From: Eledone cirrhosa
Taxonomy: Eukaryota
DNA length: 64,000 nt
Direction of reading: 5' to 3'
Assembly (NCBI GenBank): GCA_964016885.1
Contig: OZ024753.1
Span: forward strand, 40,672,001 to 40,736,000
Of this stretch, positions 1 through 13,279 are shown one piece after another (position 1 is the first letter of the stretch; each line of letters opens with the position of its first letter). The translations under genes were made by a program, and so were the position numbers. A model generated the notes under the pieces. The model was not told the DNA's origin and ran no database searches. It worked only from the letters and a program-made list of their open reading frames with translations.

Positions 1-25
1 GCTTTCATTATGTAAAATCTCCTAA

Positions 26-372
26 GGTGGTGGATTGGCAGTCTCGATGGAGGGTCGGACGCCATGCTTTGAAGCATAGAGTTACCTCCCTTTATGACCT
101 GAGTTCAAATCCAGCCGAGGTTACCTCTGCCTTTCATTCTTACGGGGTCGATAAAATAAAGTACCAGTAATGCACTGGGATAATTGCTGGCCTGGTGCCA
201 AAAGTAAAACAATTATGTAAAATCTCCTAAGGTGGTGGATTGACTGTGTCGATGGAGGGTCGGACGCCATGCTTTTACGGCCCTTTATGGTCTGAGTTCA
301 AATCCCGCCGAGGTTAACTTTGCCTTTCATCCTTGCGGGGGTCGTTAAAATAAAGTACCAGTAATGTACTGG
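26..372 (+). mobile_element. Two tandem copies of a tRNA-derived SINE (26-215 full, 231-372 3'-truncated)
   Basis: A-box-like TGGCAGTCTCGATGG, B-box GAGTTCAAATCC and central GCCTTTCATYCTTACGGGGTCGATAAAATAAAGTACCAG (resembles the MetaSINE domain, from memory). Both copies are preceded by the same 19-mer ATTATGTAAAATCTCCTAA (7-25, 212-230). Confidence 0.9.
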
Positions 373-373
373 T

Positions 374-435
374 TAAGTATTGAGTACTTTGGTGCGCTAT
401 GGTCCACCTGGTTCCTTACCACATTTCCTTCGTTA
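374..435 (+). mobile_element. 3' end of (TA)n-inserted element family C
   Basis: TAAGTATTGAGTACT...CCTTACCACATTTCCTTCGTTA followed by (TA)n; same sequence at 3666-3730(-), 41675-41736(+), 44174-44233(+). Confidence 0.85.
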
Positions 436-631
436 TATATATATATTTATATATATATATATATAAACACATACATATACATATACATATATATGTATGT
501 ATATATATATATATATACACATACATGTACATACATATATATAGGTACGTTATTCCCGGTTGAATCGGAGGTAAGGACAGTAAGTAAGGTACTCAATACA
601 TAGCAGAGTATAAAAGTTTTAATATAGATGA

Positions 632-680
632 GATTCTACAGGACTAGATCTGTTTCATTCGTTAGAAATCATCAGGAATC
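632..680 (-). ncRNA. Type I hammerhead ribozyme motif (family A)
   Basis: Reverse complement: GATTC-CTGATGA-T-TTC-taac-GAA-T-GAAA-CAG-atctagtc-CTG-TA-GAATC. Stems I, II and III are present; predicted cleavage after GUA. Confidence 0.8.
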
Positions 681-700
681 CCTGATGATACATCCCTGAT

Positions 701-749
701 GATTCCTGATGATTTCTAAAGAATAAAACAGTTCTAGTCCTGTAGAATC
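701..749 (+). ncRNA. Hammerhead motif, family A, inverted copy with G12-to-A mutation (likely inactive)
   Basis: GATTC-CTGATGA-TTTCTAAAGAAT-AAAA-CAG...CTGTA-GAATC; the GAAA core reads AAAA. Confidence 0.65.
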
Positions 750-786
750 TCATCTATATAAAATACATGTATATAAATATATATAA

Positions 787-839
<53 letters not shown>

Positions 840-1123
840 TGTGCGTGCGTGTGTGTGTACGTGTGTATGTATGAGCATGTGAGTGTGTATGTGCGTTCAT
901 GTGAATATGTAAGAATTCAGTACAATTATTAACTGCACTTCTATTTTAGAATCGGCCGCTAATGTCTAACAGACACGTGTACTGTCAGAGAAACACACTA
1001 ATATTGAAGAGTACAATTAGAAAACAGTTTTGTATTTCTGTCTGCTTACGTAAATCCTTTTATTTTTTATCCTGGTGTCAATCAGCCTGGCTTGAAATCT
1101 TGGTTACTCTGTTTTCTCTCTCG

Positions 1124-1238
<115 letters not shown>

Positions 1239-1349
1239 ATATACATACACATACACACACATACACGCATATATATATATATATCCATATATATATATAT
1301 ATATATATATATATCCATATATATATATATATATATATGCATCTGTATG

Positions 1350-1414
<65 letters not shown>

Positions 1415-1452
1415 ATATATATATATATATATCCATATATATATATATATAT

Positions 1453-1531
<79 letters not shown>

Positions 1532-1627
1532 TATACATGTACATACAGATGCATATATATATATATGAACATACGTAAATGTATAAATACATGCATAGGA
1601 TCATATAAACTTATTATATATATAGGG

Positions 1628-1662
<35 letters not shown>

Positions 1663-2054
1663 GAAAGATATAGATATTACATGTGTGTGAGTGTGTATGT
1701 GTGTGTGTGTATGTATGCGTGTATGTGTGTGAGTGTGTGAGTGTGTGTGTATTTGTGCGTGCACATGTGTATCTATGTGTAACTGTCCATCTTTATCTCG
1801 TTATGTCTGTCGCTATAAACATAGCCGTACAGTAATCTATATACCTATCTAGTTTCACTCACACCGATTCTGTCTTCTATTTATCTGTATGTATAAAAAC
1901 TATAACGGGGTCCTCCATCGGTTTCAAAGAAATGTATTGCAATTGTTTCATCATCTCTATTTAACACACTACTCAAGCAGAATCAGCAATGCTTTGCAAC
2001 GTACAGAAATAGATTGAAATATTTGAGAGATTGCGTCACACACACACACACACG

Positions 2055-2088
<34 letters not shown>

Positions 2089-2133
2089 GACGCACACACA
2101 CACACGCACACACACACACACGCACACACACAC

Positions 2134-2221
<88 letters not shown>

Positions 2222-2232
2222 ATATATATATA

Positions 2233-2497
2233 TATCTATCTAAGGCGGGTAAAATTCCCGAGATCCATGGACGAGTTCTCTCCAGCGGTCTCTGTCCCTC
2301 ATTATCGCTGCCATGTCCTGCATCTCCAACAGACCAGTGTCTGTCCTGAGGGCATCAACATACGTTAACCTTGGTCTTCCTCTTCTAGTGTGTCCATGTA
2401 GGGGCTCCCAAAGGAGTACTGAGTGCAATGTCAACTCTGGATGTCGGTGAGCATGTCCAGCTAACCTCAGTCTCCTCTGTGTCACTTTTGAGCTGAC
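2233..2497 (-). mobile_element. 5'-truncated RTE-like LINE 3' end
   Basis: Encodes ...RRLRLAGHAHRHPE...RRGRPRLTYVDAL...MRDRDRWRELV, a typical RTE-type C-terminus. Short (TAGA) tail; nearly identical to 34965-35350. Confidence 0.85.
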
Positions 2498-2499
2498 AC

Positions 2500-2553
<54 letters not shown>

Positions 2554-2557
<4 letters not shown>

Positions 2558-2773
2558 ATAATAATAAATTTGAAGACTAAAATCCAAAGAGGGCTCGATA
2601 AGGATAAATATATATCAAATATATAAGAACCGTAGTGCAAATATTTATTAAAATAACAGATTAAAGTTTAAGCAAAGTATCGCTGCTTTCACCCTTAACG
2701 GGATCTTCTGAAACAGCCGTTAAGGGTGAAAGCAGCGATTCTTTGCTTAAACTTTAATCTGTTATTTTAATAA

Positions 2774-2778
<5 letters not shown>
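2554..2778 (-). mobile_element. (TA)n-inserted element family B with inverted partial duplication
   Basis: Flanked by (TA)n on both sides; 2645-2701 mirrored by 2718-2775. Other copies near 19588, 20238, 39434, 48428, 49372, 55229 and 62205. Confidence 0.85.
2666..2714 (-). ncRNA. Type I hammerhead-like motif with variant core CAGAAGA (family B)
   Basis: Reverse complement: GTTT-CAGAAGA-T-CCC-gttaa-GGG-T-GAAA-GCA-gcgatactt-TGC-TT-AAAC. Three stems form; predicted cleavage after CUU. Confidence 0.7.
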
Positions 2779-2813
<35 letters not shown>

Positions 2814-2857
2814 AAGTTAAATAAAAGTCAAATGATTAAAATTTAGCTTCGTTTATT

Positions 2858-2912
2858 ACTGCTATATATATTTCAGTGACAGCCATCTTTGGCTGTGACC
2901 TCTTCAGGCAGT
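2858..2912 (-). ncRNA. Type I hammerhead ribozyme motif (family D, inverted arm)
   Basis: Exact reverse complement of 3038-3092. Confidence 0.8.
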
Positions 2913-3037
2913 TTGAATTAGTATGACTCCAGTTCCCCAGTGAATTAACAACCCAGCAAGGAACTGGGCATATCAGAGTATTGACAATATCATACACCTA
3001 AACAACATATGTACTTGTCTATACCATACTAATTCAA

Positions 3038-3092
3038 ACTGCCTGAAGAGGTCACAGCCAAAGATGGCTGTCACTGAAATATATATAGCAGT
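3038..3092 (+). ncRNA. Type I hammerhead ribozyme motif (family D)
   Basis: ACTGC-CTGAAGA-GGT-c-ACAGCCA-aaga-TGGCTGT-c-ACT-GAAA-TATATA-TA-GCAGT: 5-bp stem I, long stem II and a minimal palindromic stem III. Confidence 0.85.
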
Positions 3093-3233
3093 AATAAACG
3101 AAGCTAAATTTTAATCATTTGACTTTTATTTAACTTTATTTTACACTACTCCGGAGTAACCAAACCAACCTGCGCACTTCGTCGAGTGCTCCAGCCTGCA
3201 TACTGAGGTGTTGGTATACAACCAACATAAACT

Positions 3234-3271
<38 letters not shown>

Positions 3272-3274
<3 letters not shown>

Positions 3275-3645
3275 GAGGTTATATTTAATTTGTTTAGATT
3301 CAACAAGCTTAAACATTTTTATAACTGATATAAAGCACTCAACAGTTTAGTGGAGTAAATATACAATATATTAACAAATGGAAACTATATTTATAAAACC
3401 ATATATATTTTATTATACATATTTGTTTTATAAATAAATATTTACATACCCTGAAAAAAGACAACCTTAGCTCCAACCGTTAAGGTTGTCTTTTTTCAGG
3501 GTATGTCAATATTTATTTATAAAACAAATCTGTATTGTATTTTATCTGATGAAAGCGCACCATAATTTGCCTTGGGGCCCTTGAAATATCTATAATAAAA
3601 TATATATGGTTTTATAAATATAGTTTCCATTTGTTAATATAATCT
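3272..3645. mobile_element. (TA)n-inserted element family F as an inverted pair
   Basis: Left arm (-) and right arm (+) meet at about 3470-3480; homologous to 16652-16930. Confidence 0.85.
3538..3602 (+). ncRNA. Type I hammerhead ribozyme motif (family F)
   Basis: TATTTTAT-CTGATGA-AAGCGCACCA-loop-TGGGGCCCTT-GAAA-TATCTA-TA-ATAAAATA; 8-bp stem I. Confidence 0.8.
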
Positions 3646-3665
3646 ATATATATATATATATATAT

Positions 3666-3888
3666 AACGAAGGAATTGTGGTAAGGAACCAGATGGACCA
3701 TAACGCACCAGTGTATTCAATACTTAGGGTAGTAGAGTGGGTAATAGGAAAAAGTATGACCCCGACGGCAGAGCTCAAGCCGTTTCAACGGCTATTTCAA
3801 GGCTGTTTGTCTAGAAATTTCTAGACTGTTTGTCTAGATATAGCCGTGGAAACGGCTTGAGCTCTGCCGTCGGGGGCATACTTTTTCC

Positions 3889-3890
<2 letters not shown>
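3666..3890 (-). mobile_element. Family C element with inverted duplication; carries the 3' half of a hammerhead
   Basis: 3746-3795 mirrored by 3840-3890. GAAA-CGGC-ttgagctct-GCCG-TC-GGGG gives the GAAA core, stem III and GUC; the CTGANGA half is absent. Confidence 0.75.
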
Positions 3891-3920
<30 letters not shown>

Positions 3921-4037
3921 CAGAGAGAGAGATATAGTTAGAGATATACACATAGATACAGGTAGGATTGTGTGAATGTAAGAATATATAAAGTTATGTA
4001 TGTATTTACATACCTATATAAATATATATAATACGCA

Positions 4038-4089
<52 letters not shown>

Positions 4090-4094
4090 CGCAC

Positions 4095-4145
<51 letters not shown>

Positions 4146-4373
4146 CATATGCATGCGTGGGTGCGTGCGTAAAACGCCTACATAAGCACGCACATGAATA
4201 TATATATATATAAATCTAAATATATATATATATATACATATACACACACATCCACATATATATATATATATATACATATATACATATATATACATAAACA
4301 CACAAATACACATATATACATATACACACACATACATATATATATACATATACACACACATACATATATATAC

Positions 4374-4409
<36 letters not shown>

Positions 4410-4840
4410 TTGCATTATGTCGTCGTACATGGTAGTTATTTTTTCGTATTAATTCTAGTTATTTTACATTTTTTTTTTATATCAATCATAATCGAGGAAT
4501 TTCTCCGAACGCTACGACAACTTACAAATTGATGGAATTGAAATCGCGGTCCGGGCACCGCTCCAAGTTATATTCCGAAATAGGTTGAATAATTTCAGGG
4601 GTCAGAGCTAATCAAAAATCACCAGGAACTGATTTCATCAGAGCAGTTCCTGCCAACCATTTATATGTTCCATTGTTCTATATAGCTTGAGGCATGCTAC
4701 ATGCTGCTTAGAAATGCACGAGTTCTCTAGATGAAGCTTGCTATCCATTATATGATTCTGCCAAGAGATCAAGCGTACCCTTCGGCAATTTCCAGCCCCT
4801 TTGAAGCAGCATTACATTACATGTATCTCTCTGTGTGTTG

Positions 4841-5877
<1,037 letters not shown>

Positions 5878-6226
5878 TATTTAAACACACAAAACCAGTA
5901 AAATTAACGATCCGAGAAGAAAACAAGGAAATGCACAAGAAGAAATAAGAAAATTAACGTAGTAATAGTAGTAGTAGTAGTAGTAGTAGTAGTAGAACAT
6001 GTGCAAATGAGAGAGAGGAAGAATACCGCGAATAGGAATAAGGAGAGGGATAAAGAAAAAAAGTCAATAACATCAGACGGTGAAAATAAAAACACACACA
6101 AAAAAGAAACCATTAAATTATAAGAGAAGAACATTCTGATGAAATGAATGTATTTAAGGGAGATAATAAGAAATAACGTAGACGATGACAGAGTGAAAGA
6201 TGAAAATGGATAAAAAAGGAAACGCA

Positions 6227-7905
6227 ATGATACCAAGAACATCTTTAACAGTAATGATACCAACATCTTTAACAGTAATGATACCAACATCTTTAACAGT
6301 AATGATACCAACATCTTTAACAGTAATGATACCAACATCTTTAACAGTAATGATACCAACATCTTTAACAGTAATGATACCAACATCTTTAACAGTAATG
6401 ATACCAAGAACATCTTTAACAGTAATGAAACCAGAACATCTTTAACAGTAATGATACCAACATCTTTAACAGTAATGATACCAACATCTTTAACAGTAAT
6501 GATACCAAGAACATCTTTAACAGTAATGAAACCAGAACATCTTTAACAGTAATGATACCAACATCTTTAACAGTAATGATACCAACATCTTTAACAGCAA
6601 TGATACCAATAACATCTTTAACAGTAATGATACCAACATCTTTAACAGTAATGATACCAACATATTTAACAGTAATGATACCAACATCTTTAACAGTAAT
6701 AATACCAACATCTTTAACAGTAATGATACCAACATCTTTAACAGTAATGATACCAACATCTTTAACAGTAATGATACCAACATCTTTAACAGTAATGATA
6801 CCAACATCTTTAACAGTAATGATACCAAGAACATATTTAACAGTAATGATGCCAGAACATCTTTAACAGTAATGATACCAACATCTTTAACAGTAATGAT
6901 ACCAACATCTTTAACAGTAATGATACCAGAACATCTTTAACAGTAATGATACCAACATCTTTAACAGTAATGATACCAACAATATCTCTAACAATAATGA
7001 TACCAACATCTTTAACAGTAATGATACCAAGAACATCTTTAACAGTAATGATACCAACATCTTTAACAGTAATGATACCAACAACATCTTTAACAGTAAT
7101 GATACCAACATCTTTAACAGTAATGATACCAGAACATCTTTAACAGTAATGATACCAACATCTTTAACAGTAATGATACCAACATCTTTAACAGTAATGA
7201 TACCAACATCTTTAACAGTAATGATACCAGAACATCTTTAACAGTAATGATACCAACATCTTTAACAGTAATGATACCAACATCTTTAACAGTAATGATA
7301 CCAGAACATCTTTAACAGTAATGATACCAACATCTTTAACAGTAATGATACCAACATCTTTAACAGTAATGATACCAACATCTTTAACAGTAATGATACC
7401 AGAACATCTTTAACAGTAATGATACCAACATTTTAACAGTAATGATACCAACATCTTTAACAGTAATGATACCAACATCTTTAACAGTAATGATACCAAC
7501 ATCTTTAACAGTAATGATACCAACATCTTTAACAGTAATGATACCAGAACATCTTTAACAGTAATGATACCAAGAACATCTTTAACAGTAATGATACCAA
7601 CATCTTTAACAGTAATGATACCAACAACATCTTTAACAGTAATGATACCAACATCTTTAACAGTAATGATACCAACATCTTTAACAGTAATGATACCAAC
7701 ATCTTTAACAGTAATGATAACAACATCTTTAACAGTAATGATACCAACATATTTAACAGTAATGATACCAACATCTTTAACAGTAATGATACCAACATCT
7801 TTAACAGTAATGATACCAACATATTTAACAGTAATGATACCAACATCTTTAACAGTAATGATACCAACATCTTTAACAGTAATGATACCAACAATATCTC
7901 TAACA
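6227..7905. repeat. 24-bp minisatellite (ATGATACCAACATCTTTAACAGTA)n, about 68 units
   Basis: Highly homogeneous unit with +2 (CCAGAACA) and +3 (CCAAGAACA, CCAACAACA) length variants. Confidence 0.98.
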
Positions 7906-8016
7906 ATAATAATTATTTCTAGTTTAGGCACAAGGCCAGCAATTGAAAATTCTGAGTTCCCTTTCCTTCAACAATTATACCTTTACCTGATTTTACTTTG
8001 GAATTACCTAAGACAC

Positions 8017-8104
<88 letters not shown>

Positions 8105-8105
8105 G

Positions 8106-8240
8106 TTTATCCCGGGTTCACTCGAGTGTAACCACAGTAAGTAAGGTACTCAATACATAGTAGAGTATAAATATTTAATATAGAAATGGCTTCTACAGGA
8201 CTAGAACTGTTTCATTCGGGAGAAATCATCAGGAAGCCCA
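8106..8240 (-). mobile_element. Family A element abutting (GATA)n, containing a hammerhead motif at 8188-8238
   Basis: Reverse complement: GGCTTC-CTGATGA-TTTCTCCCGAAT-GAAA-CAG-ttctagtc-CTG-TA-GAAGCC. Confidence 0.85.
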
Positions 8241-9397
8241 TATATCCTAAACCGACGGTAGTCGGTTTAGTAATATTGTTGTCTTAGTGATTTCGTTGGC
8301 ATATATATATTTATAAAGAAGAGAGGCGGTTTTATGTATACAACCTCTATTTATTATATAATGCTGTTATGCACATTTATTTTACTTATAAACAATTATT
8401 TAAATGCTTGCTTGAATTAAATTCAGTGTCTGGAGAAGGTAAAACTATATAAGATACAGGAGGTGACAGGAGACTATGTAGTTGGTATGTTCGTGGTTTG
8501 ATTGAGGGTGTGGAGGGGTAAATATTGTGTATGCGTTTATGTGTGTGTTCGTGTGTTCTTTTTCTTGTCATTGTCGTCATCATCATCTTCGATGTTGGTA
8601 TTCTTTTTCTTTGCTTTTCGCTACAAATGTTTAAACAAATATTGTCACCATTTTCTGCCACACACATATTGTTTTTCTCCCTTTGTGTCTGTGTGGGGTT
8701 ACATTTCTTTCTTTTGCTGTGTAATTCCATTTTTAAAATCAGTGTAAATAATTTTTCTACAAATTTCTTTTGGCTGGAAGGCGTGTTTATTTATGTTTGT
8801 GCTACCACCACGATGTATACCATTCCTTACTACCACCCTAATAGAAAAAGCAGCGTTGAAAATATGGTCACCGAAATAAATTAAATAAATGATTTTTTTT
8901 TTGTTTACTTGCAGGAAAAATATTTACAGCAAATTCCTCGTATTTCATTGTCATAATTCAGCCCGATACAACACAGGAATAATCTTCAATTTTTTTTAAA
9001 TAAATTCAAAAATGTAATCGGGAAATATAGGAGTGTACATAAACCTGTCTTGCAGGCATAAAAAAAAACTGTTTTTTTGTTTTTTTCAAGACGTTAGGGA
9101 CATTTCAATGGTGATATATATACAGAAGTAACGTGTAATAAAGATTAAATGATTTACATCAAGTAAGCAAGGCGAGATCAGAAAAACAATAATGACACCT
9201 CAAGGAATAGATAATAAATATTGATAACAGCATAGAAAACAAATTCAGGACAAAACATATTCCCAATGTATGGGTGAAATAACACATATATTGGTATCAA
9301 TCATCTCATACACAGCCCTGGATTAGCTTTTGAACTTAAGTGCTTTCTCATAACACTTGCAACTAGTTATATATATTTAGAGATAGTAAATATATAT

Positions 9398-9579
9398 AAT
9401 TGTTTCTACTTTTGGTACAAGGCCAGCAATTACTCCTGTGTATTACTGGTGCTTTATTTTATCGACCCCGTAAGGTTGAAAGGTAAAGTTAACCTCGGCA
9501 GGATTTGAACTCAGACCATAAATGGACATAACTCTCTGCTGGAAAGCATGGCGTCCGACCCTCTACCGACACTGCCAAT
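9398..9579 (-). mobile_element. tRNA-derived SINE
   Basis: Reverse complement of the SINE at 26-215 (GGATTTGAACTC B-box, TTTATCGACCCC domain). Confidence 0.9.
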
Positions 9580-10699
9580 ATAATGCCAATATAATGACAT
9601 ATACTATGCAGTGTTGGCCCATTGGTAGAGACTAACTGGTCACCAACCTCACCAACAGTACAAAATGTATAGATTGCACCCTCTCTCCGAACATACCCAC
9701 GTCTTCGACGTTGTCTGTTGCTTGAATAAATTAATAACAGCTTGCTGAGGGAACTAAGTTCTCTATACTCACGATTTAGTGTTACCCACGTAAGATTTTC
9801 CTTGACCATGGCCAAGAAATTTAATGAGTACTAGTTGTTTCTAACCAAAGTAGGATGTTAGTACGATCTTTGGCATAGACTGCTTTGAACACTGCCTTAC
9901 ACGATATAATCGAATGGATAGAAATCAGCAATGGATAGAAACTATAAATATGTTACTGGATGGTTTCGTCATCATTGCTACATGACGGAATAGTTGAATT
10001 GATTGTAGCCATTCTTATAGAGATTCTCACAAACGTTTTCTTGTATTACTGTCACGCCACTGATTCTTTAAAATGTTGAATAATCCTCGACTTGAAGTTC
10101 CTCATCGTCTAACACATAAATCACTCAAATCCTACGCATTTCCTATATACGATGCAGGGGTTTGTTTCCATAGATCGTACGGTTTGCCAGTCCCAGAGGC
10201 CCTTAAAGGGGGCATGGATATTGCAATTCATTACCTGAATATATAGTAAAAAAGGGTGAACGTCAGGTATGTTTGTATCTACACTTTAAACAACGTACCC
10301 AGTTTGTGTGGTCGTTCCTGGGAGCTCAGAGAAAAGGAATCCAAACGGGCATTAGCGTAATAAGAAATTTCAAAACAGTACATGTGACCTATCTACCTTC
10401 ATCATATCATATACAGTGCACCTTATTTGAACCCTTAATCTATGGACACAAGCTTCTGAATCATATAGGATAGCTTACTCAGATATCAAGGTGTAAGCCC
10501 ATCAATTTATTCCGGTTGATGATACACCTTTACACCCTAGTGCACCTGTAGTACGATGGCGACCATTCGGATCTTCGTGGTGTATGACACTAAAGAAGTG
10601 ACGGTCTCCTGCACCCGTCATCTGCTTTTGCAGGTGCTACAGAAATAAAAATGATAACTATATTACCATTGTTGATAAATTTCTATAAAAATATATACC

Positions 10700-10853
<154 letters not shown>

Positions 10854-10877
10854 ACAATATATATATATATATATACC

Positions 10878-10909
<32 letters not shown>

Positions 10910-10931
10910 ACACAATATATATATATATATA

Positions 10932-11100
10932 TTTAAAAGTTAAACAAGGTTCAATGAATACATCAAAGAATGAGTTTTACAATAGATTGGAAGGACTCAA
11001 CAGCTAAAAAGGTTTTCCAGAGTTATTAATATTAATTCAAAATATTAACAAAATAGATATTCTTGTGATCAAGTATATTTATTATACATATTTCAGAGGT
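10932..11100 (-). mobile_element. Another (TA)n-flanked element, truncated inside a hammerhead-like 3' half
   Basis: Reverse complement begins CCTCT-GAAA-TATGTA-TA-ATAAAT, matching the family F stem III and cleavage segment, then diverges. Confidence 0.5.
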
Positions 11101-11259
11101 ATATATATATATATATATACATACATAGATGTACATATATATATAGATATGTGTGTGTGTGTTTCTATTTACGGTACTATAGCTATTAGAGTAGTTTTAT
11201 CATATCTTTCGTCTTTAGATTTAGCGAACAATGAAATCCCTCTCACCCTCTCACTCTCT

Positions 11260-11470
<211 letters not shown>

Positions 11471-11513
11471 AATATATATACATATATATATATATATAAA
11501 TATATATACATAT

Positions 11514-11581
<68 letters not shown>

Positions 11582-11638
11582 AATATATATACATATATAT
11601 ATATAAATATATATACATATATATATAAATATATATAC

Positions 11639-11726
<88 letters not shown>

Positions 11727-11781
11727 GTGTGTGTGTATTTCTTTATATGTGTGCGCGAGTATGAGTGCATTTGTTCGTTTA

Positions 11782-11834
<53 letters not shown>

Positions 11835-12103
11835 ACGTAATACACACATAATCACATTCAAGTATGCTTACACAGGGTGTAAGAAGATTAACAATTTCTT
11901 CTTCTCTGCCTACTCCTGTACAATAGCTTCCATTCCTCGACGGTGGTAGGCCAGGTGTGGGAATTAAGATAGAGATCCAGGCAATATTGCTTTCAAAAAC
12001 AGATAAAAAGCAACAGCAAGGAATTCATTTTCTCCAAGACTACGACAGAATTAGAGAGAGAATGACTATGTATGAAGGTTACATTCATATATATATATAT
12101 ATG

Positions 12104-12142
<39 letters not shown>

Positions 12143-12217
12143 ATATATATATTTATATATGTATGTATGTATATATATATATTTATATATATATTTATAT
12201 ATATTTATATATGTATG

Positions 12218-12339
<122 letters not shown>

Positions 12340-12694
12340 TATATATATATGTATATCCATCTATATATATATGTATATCCATCTATATATATATGTATAT
12401 CCATCTATATATATATGTATATATATCTATATATATATGTATATATATCTATATATATATGTATATATATCTATAAATATATATATTTGTGTGTGTGTAC
12501 TCATATAAATACATACACAAAGAAAAGTAAAGATATATACAACTAGACAAAAACACGAAAAAACATTCACTCAGTTTTATGCGGAACGATTACATACACA
12601 AATGCTTATACTCACAGTCACGCATTTAGATTACCAAACATTTACACACACAATCACACATTTATGAGTGTGTATGTAAGTTTTTGTGGTTTTG

Positions 12695-12766
<72 letters not shown>

Positions 12767-12855
12767 TACATATATATATATATATACATATATACATATA
12801 TATATATACATATATATATACACATATATATATATATATATATATACATATAAAT

Positions 12856-12940
<85 letters not shown>

Positions 12941-12998
12941 CATATATATATACACATATATATATATATATATACATATATCTATATACATATATACA

Positions 12999-13090
<92 letters not shown>

Positions 13091-13205
13091 TATATACACA
13101 TATATATATATATACATATATCTATATACATATATACATGTGTGTATATTTATATGTGTATATATATATATATATTACGATAAATTAACGGAGCCATAGA
13201 CTCTC

Positions 13206-13279
<74 letters not shown>

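Larger units (their letters stand above)
545..760 (-). mobile_element. (TA)n-inserted element family A with inverted partial duplication
   Basis: Homologous to 8106-8240 and 55752-55887. 625-680 is mirrored by 701-758, and the junction holds three stuttered CCTGATGAT copies. Confidence 0.85.
2806..3240 (+). mobile_element. (TA)n-inserted element family D with a 120-bp inverted repeat
   Basis: 2806-2925 is the reverse complement of 3025-3144, with a ~100-bp spacer; (TA)n on both flanks. Confidence 0.85.

Noticed and set aside
26-120. tRNA gene suggested by A and B boxes
   Set aside because: No cloverleaf; always fused to the SINE body and present in many diverged copies.
6227-7905. CRISPR-like regular 24-bp repeats and MIPTSLTV ORFs
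   Set aside because: No unique spacers, no cas genes, eukaryotic context; frames are broken by +2 variants.
8247-8270. Perfect 10-bp hairpin resembling a terminator
   Set aside because: Eukaryotic context, no U-tract; probably a small inversion junction.
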